In this document: one piece after another, positions 23,815 through 36,300 of the stretch | Numbering within the stretch: position 1 is the stretch's first letter | Layout: every line of letters begins with the position of its first letter | Assembly (NCBI GenBank): GCA_043228905.1 | Contig: JBHGNT010000004.1 | Span: 10,974,001 to 11,038,000, forward strand | Direction of reading: 5' to 3' | Source: Azolla caroliniana | Taxonomy: Eukaryota; Plantae; Polypodiophyta | DNA: 64,000 bases | Position numbers and translations under genes: made by a program | Notes under the pieces: model-generated | Told to the model about the DNA's origin: nothing | Seen by the model: the letters and a program-made list of their open reading frames with translations, nothing else | The model's database searches: none

Positions 23815-26800
23815 CGACATACATTTTGGCCTTACAAGGATTCGAGCCCAAAACGTCTTGGTCTATATGTTAGAACTTTAACCATTATACTAACATATAT
23901 GATGTATAGTTATAATAAATGTATTATTAGTTATTACAAGACATTTAGAGTATTCTAGAACATTCTAGAGTATTCCAGAACAATCTAGAGTATTCTAGAA
24001 CATTCTAGGATATTCCATGATTATATTAAATATTATAAATATCTAAAATATTCTAGAACATTCTAGAATACTCCATAAGGACCTATAAATAGGTGTCTAT
24101 TCATTCATCACAATTCATTCGGTTCAACACCAGTTTGTAGCCCCTTAGCCTACTCTTTGTAATCCTTGCTCTCTTATAATATAAACTCTCTTTCCATTTC
24201 TAGTGTTCTTCCTCTCTCTCTCTCTCTCTCTCTCTCCCTCTACCTTCTACTGTCATCTTATTTTTCTCTCTCCTATTCTCAAGTCACGACACCATCTTGC
24301 TAACTTACCAGTTAACTCCTGTTTTGAGACCAAATAAAGAAGAGCCGAATGATCAACATGAAATGTAAACTTTTCCCCCAATAGATAGTGTTGAAATTTA
24401 TTGACACTATAGATCCTTCCTAAAGCTTCCCTCTCAGTTGTAGAATAGTTTCTCTCCGCTGTCGAGAGTTTCCGACTAGCATAGTACACTGGCCTGTACC
24501 AATTTGGTTCGGTCAACTCCATTAATGCACTTCCGATTGCGATGTACGATGCGTTGACAAAGACATGAAATGGCTTATTCCAGTCAGGTGGTTGAACCAC
24601 TGGAACTTTGGACAACATTTTCTTGAGACAATCATATGCATCTTGTTCCACACTTGTCCACTGAAAAGGAACTTTGTGCATTGTTGTATGTAAGGGAATG
24701 GCGATATCTGTAAGATATCTTATCATTCTGTTGTGCCATCTAATCTGACCTAAAAACCGACTGAGAGCTTTAGCATTTGTGGGTGCCGGTGCTTCCAGTA
24801 TGGCTTTAACCTTGTCGGGGTCCACTGCAATTCCTTCTTGACTGACAATATGGCCTAATAATGTGCCACTAGTGACCCCGAATGCACATTTTGCTGGATT
24901 TAAACTAAGCCGACCTTTCCGACATTTCTCTAAACATAGTTGTAAATGCTCAAAATGTTCGGTTTTCCGACTATAAACAACAAAATCGTCCAAAAAGACT
25001 TGCATACATGCAGAAATGTAATCCCCAAATATTTCCTGAATCACTCTTTGGAATGTCGCCGGAGCGGTCTTCAAGCCAAACATCATTACTATCGCTACAA
25101 ACACTCCCCATTATGTAACAAAAGTTGTCTTTTCTTGATCTTCTGGATTCATCCGAACCTGATTATAACCACTAAAACCATCTAGGAAACTATATACTTC
25201 ATGGCTAGCTACCGCATCCAATATACCATTCGTAAATGGTAATGGGAATGCATCCGTAATGGTAGCCGCATTCAGTTTTCGGTAGTTGACACATACCCAA
25301 ATCTTGCCATTCTTTTTCGGAACTACTACGATTGGACTTAACCATGTCGATTTTTTCACCGGACGAATAAACCCTACTTTCAAAAGTTTATCTATTTCTT
25401 CTTTTACTTTAATAGCATAATTAGGATTTAATTGATACCTGCGTTGTTGAACTGGCTTTGCATCCTTATGCAGGTTGATTTGATGTTGACAAAAAGTTGG
25501 GTCATGTCCCTTCATATCTTCAAAAGACCATGCAAAGACATCCTTATATTGCTTTAATAATGTCGTTAACCTTTGTTTGTCAGCTTCGATCATATCTTTA
25601 GCAATGAGTACTGTTTTCAACTCATTGTCCTTATCTTCTTCTGCCAAATTTATTTCCTCCAATGCTGAAGCTTGAACTTGTTGGGACACCTTCATCTCTC
25701 TGTCGGTAGCTTCTTGTTGGAGTCGTATTTCCTTCATTGCTTGCTCATCTATTGGCAATTCCTCCTGGGAATGCACATATGGTGTCAAGGCTTGTAAAAT
25801 ATCCACTTCGAACAAAGGAATGATTTTCGGATTATCATCAAAATACTGATTTTCTTCGACCTCGTCTAATCCTTCCATCATATTGACGGACTCAGCATAC
25901 ACAAGCAAACATTTGGTTGTCGCAACCTTGTTCTGTGTAGACATCCGGATTTTCGTTTTGCCTTTTATAAATGTCAGTTGATTCTGATTCCAATTTTGCT
26001 TGATGTTAGCAGTCTTTAACCATGGGCGACCTAATAGCAAGGGATATGCACTAGGAGCTTCCAAATGAAGTATTACTGCCGATATTAGAAAACTATGGCC
26101 ACCCAACACCACCTCTAATTGTCGGAGTAAGCCAATTGGTCGTACCGTATTGGTATCTACCATTCTTAGCCAAAATGGGCAAGCTTCCCATTTAGTAATA
26201 CCCAACCTATCACAGGTGGTTTTATTAATGACATTTACTCCTGAGCCACCATCGACAATCACATTTTCGATTTCCTGACCCTGAGTTATTACTTTAATCG
26301 ATGGATTTTGCTCATCCATGATTGAAGGGCTGGTGCTCGGCTGACTGTAGTGTACTTATACTTGTTCTGACCCTTTTTGGGCAATCAATGTCGCCACCTT
26401 TCGGTAAATCTAGAAACCAACTTAAGTAATCCGGTTAGTGGTACTGATACTTGGCAATATGCCAAGATCTTCCAAGTTTCCTCTTGTTCTGGTACAACAA
26501 TAGCTCCTGGTAATTCGGTAGCTTGGGTAATTTCATTGTCTTGGAGCATCCGGTTTACATTATTTTGGTTTGCTTCCTCTACCCATTCCTGGGCTGCTTT
26601 CCGAACTACTTCCTGAATCTCCCACTCAGATTGTTTACTTTTGCTTCTAGTGGTTACTTGCTGTATTTCCAGTATAACCATATTAACCGCCGGTCCTTTT
26701 CCTTTAGCAGGACACTGATTAGCATAATGACCAGTTTGACGGCAAATATAGCAAGTAGGAGCAAACGTTCCACTTCCCTCGCCTTGCACAAACTGACTAG

Positions 26801-28635
26801 TCCCATCATTTTGCATAAACTGTTGACCATCATTCCCATTAGAATTCAGCGATTGTTGAAACTGTCGTGAGGCTTTCGGCTTGTAGAATCTTTTATTTTT
26901 ATATTGGTTCTGCTTAAACCGTCCTCCATTTTGCTATTGCTGATTCATATTCTATGCTGTTGAGAATTCTTGATTTTGTTGAAAATCTTGATTGTGCTGG
27001 AAATTATTTTGCTGAAAAGCCTAATTTTGTTGATTTTGTGGAAAACTATTCTGTTGGTACCCATTATTGAACAAATTCTGGTTATTTTGGTACCCATTTT
27101 CCGGAAAAATTTGTCTTACCGGAGCCGTCGTCTTATTGAGCAAGTTATACTCACATTGCTCGATCGAATGAAGTTTAGAATGACATATTGTGCAGTGTGT
27201 TCGTAGACTACATTCGATCGCCGAATGACCAGTATTTAAACAAGTAGTACACTGAATTGCTTGTCGAAATTGTAACTCCATCATTGGTAGTGTAGGATTT
27301 AGTGCTGACATATCCATACTTCGTACATTTATCGGCAGTCGGCCCATAGCTATTGCCTTATCAATCACTTGCTTGATATTTTGATTCCGGAAATCGAACA
27401 CCTTCAGTCTTGTTCGTAATGGTTCACGAATTGCTTCAAGGAATACATCCTTCAATTCATTGTCCAGAATAGGCCTGGAAATTTGAAGTTGTAAATTCTG
27501 AAAACGGATCACAAATTGAGACACCGTTTCATGTTGCTCTTGATACAACGCATAAAATTGCGCTATCAAATCCTTTTGAGGTATCTAACAATGAAATAAT
27601 TGTAGAAATTTGTTGGTCAATTGTTCGAATGTTTCGAACCCACGAAGACCATTTTGTGCAAACCAATTAGTGGAATAACCCTCCAATGACAAAACGAACT
27701 CAACAATCTTAGACTTATCTCTGGCTACCGCCGATAGTCTCTAAGCTCCATGGCTAATCTCCCATGTTGCCAGGAAATCCCTCACATGCGCTTCTGCATC
27801 AGCTCCTTCATGGAACTTAGAATACAGATAAGGCATATTGTCCTCACTCCAGATATCGTAAAATGATACCTCTTCCGGCTGATTTTTGTCCGAAGATTGG
27901 CTATCAGTTAAATCAAGAAGTACAGACCACCTTCTACTTGTTTCCGGCTGTAATTCCTCAGCCGATTCTGTCTCTAGCGCCTTCGTAACAGAACGCGTAC
28001 GAGGACGTTTACAACCAACTGGTGTATCGGGATCAGACGACATCCATTTGTCTTGTTCTCTGCTATGTACAGATGTAACCAAGCATGCCAAAATTATACT
28101 GTGTTGTTCGGTCGACAATTACTACTTTGCAGACACAGTATAAGACGAACGTTCATACCGAACGTTCTATCAAGAAGTTGTGGTTAGACGAATAGATACG
28201 GATTAGTTGTAAACTTATCGGTGATAACGGACACCGAGATCGTGACTTATGTAATATAGCTTAGACCGAAGGAAATAGATAGCAAGAGTGATTCGTACAC
28301 AGAGTTCCCTAACTAAACTTTATATTACTAAATACAACGATAGATTTTTACAATGCCTTCGGTTCCTTTCATAGGTAACATGAAGGTCTTTTCTCATCAA
28401 GAAATCCTACTGCCTATAATTATCAAGAATTACAAAACTTCGTAACTAACTATATCCTATTCTGCTATCTGCTGAGTCATTGATCCGAACTGTCGATCCG
28501 ACTCTGAACTTCCTTTCGACTCCGACGCATCCATACTTGTCCGGGTAACAGTGTGTCGAGGTTTTCCTCTTCCCAGTGTATATATGTGTGTGTGCGAGCG
28601 TGCACGATGAACTGGACCGTAGTCCGCGTACTTAT

Positions 28636-29389
28636 TGACAGGAACTCAACGCTCCTTATGCACAACGCTTGGCCACAACCGAGCTTAGGATCATACACAG
28701 AAAACGGGAAATAAAATGCATGACACAAAGGAGAGAAAAGGTAGACAGGATGTTTACGTGGAAAAACCCAAAGAGGGAAAAAGCCACGGCAGCCCACAGG
28801 CTGCAAACTATCACTATGTTGGAATGTACAAAACAGTGAGTTCACGGAGGCAACAACCTTGTACTCACGATCTTCGCCACAGGCGGCGGTTACAACAGAG
28901 GCAACGACCTCTTTCTCTCTCTCTCTCTCTGTACACTGTTACGTGCTCTCTCTTCTTCTTGCACCAACAAGAAAATGACAACAACAACTAAAAGTTTGCC
29001 CTAAGTCATATTTATACTAATATGACTTTTCGGCTATTTACAAATATAGCCTCGATGAACTCTCAGAAAACATATTTACGAATATGTCTCTTCATCCGGT
29101 TCATACCGGGTCTGCACCATCCGGCTCTCCGTAACCAGATACTCCTCATCCGGTCTTCACCGGGTTTGTATCATCCGACTCTCCGTAGCCGGGTACTCCT
29201 CATCCAGTCTTCACCGGGTTTGTATCATCCGGCTCTCCGTAGCCGGGTACTCCTCATCCGGTCTTCACCGGGTCTGTATCATCCGGCTCTCCGTAGCCGG
29301 GTACTCCTCATCCGGTTTCGGCCTCGGCCGAGTTTGTTCATCGGCACTGTTCTTCTCCCTTCCCATCCAGAGGGACCTGTCTCCCAACA
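28636..29389 (-). mobile_element. Solo LTR, same family as 5488-6136
   Basis: TG...CA termini, perfect TSD CTTAT, four 54-bp repeats. Confidence 0.93.
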
Positions 29390-29684
29390 CTTATTAATAT
29401 GCGTATAAATATATATACTTAAGTCTATCGGGCCTTCTATACATACGGCTACGAAGGGCCAACCGGTGCGTGTACGTGCGTGCTCTCCCTCTACGCATTC
29501 CGGTTGTATTCCGGGATGCGTCCAGATCGGTCGTCTTCGGGTCGCATTCGGAACCGTTCCGGCCGGAGTCTTGATGACATATCTGGCTTTGGTGAACTTG
29601 ACCTTTTGGAGAGCCATCTCTCCCCGGTCCAAGACAACGGTGGTCCCGCCCGGATACGACTCGTACACGTAGATTACCGTGACA

Positions 29685-31434
29685 ACATGTTGAATATGCT
29701 CTTCAAGTTCGGCATGGCAGATTGTAAGCCCATCTCGACCCTTCTAGATAGAAACGTAAAGGTTCGCTGAGATTCGGGTAAGGTGTGCGACTCAACACGG
29801 TTTTGACAGATTGTTGGAAGCCTAATTTACTTGACGATTACTCGGTCTGACCTTAGCTATCCAGTTGGAATGATCAGTCAATTTATGTCGCAACCCACGA
29901 CCGAACACCTTTAGTGCGTGCAAAGGATATTACGGTATGTCGACGGCATGAAAGATATGGTGTTGTTGTATCGGGCAAGCGTAGCCAAACCATTAGTTGG
30001 CTACACGGATGCCGATTGGGCCGGAAATATCGACGATCGTAGATCCACATCAGGATACACATTCTCATTGGGAAGTGCGGCAATCTTGTGGTGCAGTAAG
30101 AAACAACCGACCTTAGCGTTGTCGACCACGGACGCCGAATATCGAGGGGCGACTATCGCTTCATGCGAAGTCATTTGGCTGAAACGGCTATTATGGAATC
30201 TGCATGTGGAGGTGTCCGATCTGACGATGATCTATTACGACAACTTCAGCAACAACCACCTTGCGAAGAACCCTGTCTTCCACACCCGGACCAAGCACAT
30301 TGAGGTGCACTACCATTTTGTCTGCGAGCATGTCCTTTTTGGTGAAATGGAACTAGCGTATGTTCCGACGGGTCGGCATATTGCTGACATCTTCACCAAG
30401 GCCCTTGGTCTCAACAAGTTTCGGCATCTCTCGGTTGAGTTGGGGTTGTGTCACCTCAACACGCCAAACTTGAGGGGGAGACAAGAACAGGAACATGAGC
30501 GTGAAAGGAGTGGTAGTGACCACGACGCCGAATCGGATGAAGAATTCGATTTCGGGCCGGCTAAAGAAGCCAAAGAAGAAAACAGGGGCAATAATCACAA
30601 GGAAGAGCCGAAGATAGCCGAACAAAGGGGAAATACAGCTAAGAAGGGCGTAAAGGCCAAGACCAAGACGTGGTCTGATGTTGTCAAGGGCTTGAAAACA
30701 TAAGACGAATTGGAGACAACCAATTCAGGTGGAAGTAGAATTGAATCGGAAGTGACCGATTCAATCGAAATGTTCGATTCGGACATTACGAATCGACTAA
30801 GGGCCAAGTGGAGGAAAGGGAAGCGAAAGAGGCGCCAACACTATGATAGCAAGGGAGCTGAGAAGGGCCGCATGAGCAGACAAGCTGACCGGAAGGGTCG
30901 AAGCACGCAGAATCGAACGGGTCGAGGAGCGTGAGCGAGGCGTGAAGCTAGGAGAGGCCGGAGCGAAGATCCAAAAAAGCATATGGAGCCTCAAGTTGAG
31001 CTTGAGGGGGAGTGTTGAGAGACAAGCTCAACATTGGGTGCGTAAATGGGTGCGTAACCCAGTGCGTAAATTGGGTGAGTAAAACTGTATGCAAAATATG
31101 GCCGTAGCGGTATGTAAACCGAGAGGCCATTGGAATATTATTCCTCGTAAGGAATAATTTTGTGAGTAAATTGTAGGATGCTCATTTATGAGCGGTCAAG
31201 TACTGTAAGTACTTGTGTCAGCCCAATTGTTAGGGCTTGTATAAAAGGTGCTCATTAGCATGAAGTATGTACAGAGAACATACAAAGAATTATTTTTGAA
31301 TATAGTTTCGTTTTCTGGTCTCTCTGTCTCTCCCTCTCTTTCTCTGTGATTTCTGTGTTTTACCGAATTGTCGTGCCTCCGAACCGTGTACTCTGTGTCT
31401 AACGGATATGCTTCCGCACACGTATTCTTTTACA
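29685..31434 (+). mobile_element. 3' part of a Ty1/Copia element related to Copia-1 (RT end, RNase H, tail, PPT, 3' LTR 31013-31434)
   Basis: GYTDADWAG...[20 protein letters not shown]; PPT GAGGGGGAG then TGTTGAGA...TTTTACA. Confidence 0.9.
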
Positions 31435-31924
31435 GAGAAGAAGCTTGAAGTTCGGAAGGTTGATCTCGAAATAAAGATCGCCGACATCCTGATGAAGTCG
31501 CTCCCAGATCACCGTTTCATAGCACTAAGGAGACAGATGGGGCTACAACAAGCTGAGGAGCATGAAGGAGTTGAGTCCAAGGAAGTAGTAGGAGAGTAGA
31601 AAACGGCAAAGTCCGAAGAGCCAAAAAGGCCAACTAAGTCTGAAATGGGCAAAAGACCAAATGCCAAAAGACAACTCCACCACTATCTCTTGAGCAACCA
31701 ACCTACCAACTAATAGTTAAATTCAAATTGTAATTTACGCTTAATGGGGAGATAACCCCCTAATTCTTTGTAGTAGATAGGGTAGTCCTTTTACGGGGGA
31801 GTTTGTTGGACTAAAAGTCCTACTCCACCCAATTGTATTCCTAGTGTGAACACCCTCACAGTTAGGGCTTAGTTAACCTAACTATATAAGAGAGAAATTG
31901 TATCATGTAAAGTGAGTTCGATGG
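31435..31924 (+). mobile_element. 3' remnant of an older Copia (RNase H end, PPT, start of LTR at 31804)
   Basis: EKKLEVRKVDLEIKIADILMKSL matches the Copia RNase H terminus; ACGGGGGAGTT followed by TGTTGGAC. Confidence 0.7.
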
Positions 31925-33346
31925 TGTTGGCCAGTGGCGGCCAAGTATGAAAGGAGGAAGAGGCAAGCTGGTTCCTAGAAATATAATTAAATAACTAAGA
32001 ATTATGTTAGGAACGGATGGATCCGGAAGAGGTATGTCGATTCGGATCCGAACCGATTCATAGCCGGTTGCCGGTTAGGCACCGTTTTGTCGTACAATTA
32101 ATATAAGAGCTTGTGATTATTGTCTATCTGATCTTTATTTCGTCCTGTGTTTAATGTATTGATCTTACGCGTGTAACACTGTGTTGTGAATCGGGTCTCT
32201 ACTGGACGTTAACCGGTTGAAGCCTATCGGAGTCGGAAATCCTTACCGCAACCACCCCTTTGGTGAAGTGATCCGGAAGGACACCTGTGTTAGTGGCTAG
32301 TCCGGCCCAGGAGTAACACAGTATTGGCCAGTGGCAGCCAAGTATGAAAGGAGGAAGAGGCGAGCTGGTTCTTAGAAATATAATTAAATAACTAAAAATT
32401 ATGTTAGGAACGGATGAATCCGGAAGAGGTATGCCGATTCGGATCTGGACTGATTCATAGCCGGTTGCCGGTTAGGCAACGTTTTGTAGCATAGACCAGA
32501 TGCTTATAAAAGGATTCAGATATCATTGTATGAATGACAGAACAATAATATAAGAGTGTGTGATTATTTTCTATCTAATCTTTATTCCGTCCTGTGTTTA
32601 ATGTATTTTTTTTTTTTTTTTCCATAAAAAATATGCTCCATTGGTATTAAAATTAACAATGCCAAAGGCAATCTACAAATTGTACATAATAGTTTCCACT
32701 CCTTAAGTATATATCGTAAAAAAAGGGACCAAATAATGATGGCATTTGTTATGGCCTCTAAAAAACATCATGTTGCAGCCAACATTGGCTGAATGTGATT
32801 CCACATAGACTAAAGCTCTTTAGTATACCCATATTCAACCTATAAACAAATTCCTGCGGTCCAAGTGAATACATATCTTGGTGGTAATCATGGCTAGTAG
32901 TCTAAAAACTCCATGTTTGCATTTGGTTCCGCATGTACTAAAGTTGTTCACCATCACCTGGTTGTCCAATAGCTGTTCCCATTCCTTGGCATTTAATTTT
33001 CCCTTGTGAATGTCCTTTTGTACCACTTAGGTAATACAAAACTGCTCTCTCCAATCAAGCCATTGAGGTAATCTGCTACTTCTTGGCCGTAGTCTTCTTC
33101 AAGCTGACTTTCCAAGCTCATAAATCTGTCCAACCTCTTGTATCTTTGTCTGTCTTTTCCCATGCAAGATTGAACCTTCCTCGGCTGTTGCCGTTGAAAA
33201 CACAACACCAAAACAGTCCCTGCAGCACCTGTCACTTTGAAGCAACCATGATAATCTCTACCAACTCAGAACAGCCATACATTGATTAGACCATAATCTC
33301 ATCACAACCATTCTTCATTTAACCCACATCAGTCATGTCTCCGATT

Positions 33347-36300
33347 TGTGGGGAATCGCCGCAAGCTGATTCACCTTCTCCACTCGGCCACCACCGAGTA
33401 ATCGCGGATCAATGCAGCAGAAAATAGGAAATACAGAGATAGACGCGATACACAGGGATTAACGTGGAAAACCCTATACGGGAAAAAAACCACGGGAGTG
33501 CGAGACTCCAAACCAAACTATGCACAGAGAAATATACAATGGCGAGCTGCAAGGCGACGACCTTGAGCTCGCTGTCCTCGCCACAGGCGGCGGTATTACA
33601 CAGAGGCGTCGACCTCTTCGTTTCTCTCTCTCTCTCTCTCTCGGCTGCTCTCACTCCGCTCTCTCGACTAGAACATAAAATGAGCAACAACAGAAACTGT
33701 TTGCCCTAAGTCATATTTATACACATATGACTTTCGGGCTATTTACAAATATAGCCTCAAGGGCTCTTGGCAAACATATTCACAAATATGTCCCCGCATC
33801 CGGATCTCTCTCCGGGTACACTCATCATCCGGCTCCGTAGCCGGGGTCTTCATCATCCGGCTCCGTAGCCGGGTCTTCGTCATCCGGCTCCGTAACCGGG
33901 GTCTCTTCATCAGGCTTCATGCCGGGTACTATTCATCATCCGGTTCCGTAACCGCAACCGGGCTTGCCGTCATTTATCTCCGGGGACATCCCATCCGGAG
34001 GGACCGAAATCCCAACAAACTCCCCCTTCACTTCGGCATGGGATGTCTCTCCAATCCGATCCTCTTCCGGCATGCTTCTAGCTTGTCGGGTGTGAGCACT
34101 TTGGTCAGCATATCTGACCCGTTCTCGTCCGTGTGGATCTTCGTCAACACGAACTCCTGGTCTTCTATCCTTTCCCGGATCCAGTGATATCTTCGCTGGA
34201 TGTGCTTCGTCCGGGAGTGATAGGCCGCGTTCTTCGCAAGGTGGATGGCACTCTGACTGTCGCAGTAGAGTCGGTACTCCTCCTGCCGGATACCGAGCTC
34301 TCTAATGAAGTCCTTCATCCATATTATTTCCTTGCCGGCTTCAACAGCCGCCATGTACTCCGCCTCCGTGGTTGACAACGCAACCGTCTTCTGCAGCCTC
34401 GACTGCCACGAAACAGCTCCCCCTGCATACGTCATCACATACCCTAATGTGGACCGGCTGGTATCTGCATCAGCCGACATATCCGAATCGGTAAATCCAT
34501 CGAGTTCGGGCTTACCGGAGCCGAATCGGAGGCACACGTTTGCCGTGCCCTTCAGGTATCGGAGTGTCCATTTGACCGCGTTCCAGTGCTCCTTACCGGG
34601 ATTGCTCATGTACCGGCTCACCACTCCGACTGCGTATCCAATGTCCGGTCTTGTACACACCATTGCGTACATCAAGCTTCCGACGGCAGAGGCATATGGT
34701 ACTTTCATCATATCCTCCTTTTCAGCCTTTGTCTTGGGACTTTGCTTGCTGGACAGCTTGCAGTTTGCCGGGAGGGTCGATCCGACCGGTCTTGCTTCCG
34801 ACATGTTGAACCGGTGAAGCACCTTCGTCACGTACTTCTCCTGTGACAGCCACAACTGCTTCTTCTTCCGGTCCCGGATGATGTGCATCCCTAGTATTTG
34901 TCTCGCCGGACCCAGGTCCTTCATTGAGAAGGTTCGGTGAAGAGCCTTCTTCAGCATCCGTATCTTGACCTGGTCCCGTCCGACGATCAACATGTCGTCC
35001 ACGTACAGGAGGAGTATTAGAAAGTCTCCTCCTTCGAACTTCTTCACAAACACGCAGTGGTCGGACTGCGTTTTGAGGTACCCTTCGTCGGTCATGAAGG
35101 AGTCGAACTTCCGGTACCATTGCCGGGGAGCCTGCTTCAGTCCGTAAAGGCTCTTCTTCAACCGGCATACCAGGTGCTCCTTCTCTTTCTTCTCGAATCC
35201 TTCCGGTTGCTGCATGTAGATCTCTTCTTCGAGGTCACCGTGAAGGAATGCCGTCTTCACGTCCATCTGTTCTACCTCGAGGTCCATGCTTGCCGCTATG
35301 CTCAGCACCGTCCGGATGGAGGTCATCTTCACTACCGGGGCAAATATCTCGTCGAAGTCGACGCCCTTCTTCTGCTGGAACCCCTTCACCACGATCCTGG
35401 CTTTGTATCTTGGGGGGTTTCCGGCATCTCCCGGTTTCAGCTTGAACACCCACTTGTTACGGAGTGCCCGTTTTCCTTTCGGCAACTCCACAAGTTCATA
35501 TGTGTGGTTCTCATGCAGGGAATCCATCTCCTCCTGCATGACACTTAACCACCTGCGGCTATGGGTGTCATGCTTCGCTTCTTCAAAGCTCTCCGGCTCC
35601 CCCTCGTCGGTTAGCAGCACGTGCTCTGGTTCCGGAAATCTCCGGGGGGCCCTTCTCTCTCTTAGAGGATATCTCCGTTCCGGAGCTTCGGTAACCGGTT
35701 CTTCCGATTCTTCTTCATCCGAATCCATTTCGGGATCGGGGCCGGTTCCGGTATCATATTCATCTTCTTCGGCCGGTTCTGTTTCTTCACCGTCTTCGGC
35801 CGGATCCTCGAGTGCTAACCGGTCCCTTGCCGGTCGGGACTGCTCCTCGTAGAGTTGATTTTCACCGGTCGACTTGGAGCTCTTCATCTTCTTCTCCGAC
35901 TCCCAGTCGGCGAGTGTCTTGTCCTCCATGAAGATGATATCACGACTCCTGAATATCTTCTTGTCGACCGGGTCCCATACTCGGTAGCCGAACTCGTCGT
36001 CGCCGTAACCGAGGAATATGCATGGACGGGTCTTTGGATCTAGCTTTCCTCTCCGGTCCTTTGCCACATGCACATATGCGAGACACCCGAACACCTTCAG
36101 ATGCCGGTAGGACACTTCCCTACCGGTCCACACTCTCTGCGGCGTGTCTCCGTCCAAAGGTACTGAGGGTGATCTGTTAATCACGTATGTCGCCGTCGAC
36201 ATTGCCTCAGCCCAAAACCCCTTGGGTAATTTCGCATGCGCCAGCATACTCCGGACCCTCTCCATTATGGTCCGGTTCATCCTCTCGGCCAGCCCGTTCA

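Larger units (their letters stand above)
18698..24291 (+). mobile_element. Chromovirus (Tcn1/Tf1-sushi-like Ty3/Gypsy), degenerate full-length
   Basis: LTRs 18698-19280 and 23807-24291, perfect TSD CCATC, PPT GAAAAGGGAGGATAA, C-terminal chromodomain, non-tRNA PBS. Confidence 0.95.
17200..28118 (-). pseudogene. gag-pol of element A, interrupted by the chromovirus
   Basis: Zinc knuckles CTTCLNTGHSAIEC, CTICHSKLHSIEQC, CYICRQTGHYANQC; PR IVDGGSGVN; RT LDGFSGYNQ and VFLDD; [12 protein letters not shown]; [13 protein letters not shown] and PQANGLAE. Confidence 0.92.
13891..28550 (-). mobile_element. Non-chromovirus Ty3/Gypsy element A with 3' extra ORF
   Basis: LTRs 13891-14224 and 28222-28550; flanks GTGTT/GTGTG (TSD, 1 mismatch). 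Minus-strand gag-PR-RT-RH-INT with no chromodomain and no extra RNase H seen. Confidence 0.92.
13471..29684 (+). repeat. 3' LTR of element D (~790 bp reconstructed), split into 13471-13890, 28556-28635 and 29395-29684
   Basis: G-rich PPT-like GGTGGGGTGTGG at 13459-13470, start TGTGAGC, TATA-like CTATAAAAGG near 13607, end GTGACA where Copia RT sequence resumes. Interrupted by Gypsy A and a solo LTR. The 5' LTR is not in the window. Confidence 0.65.
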
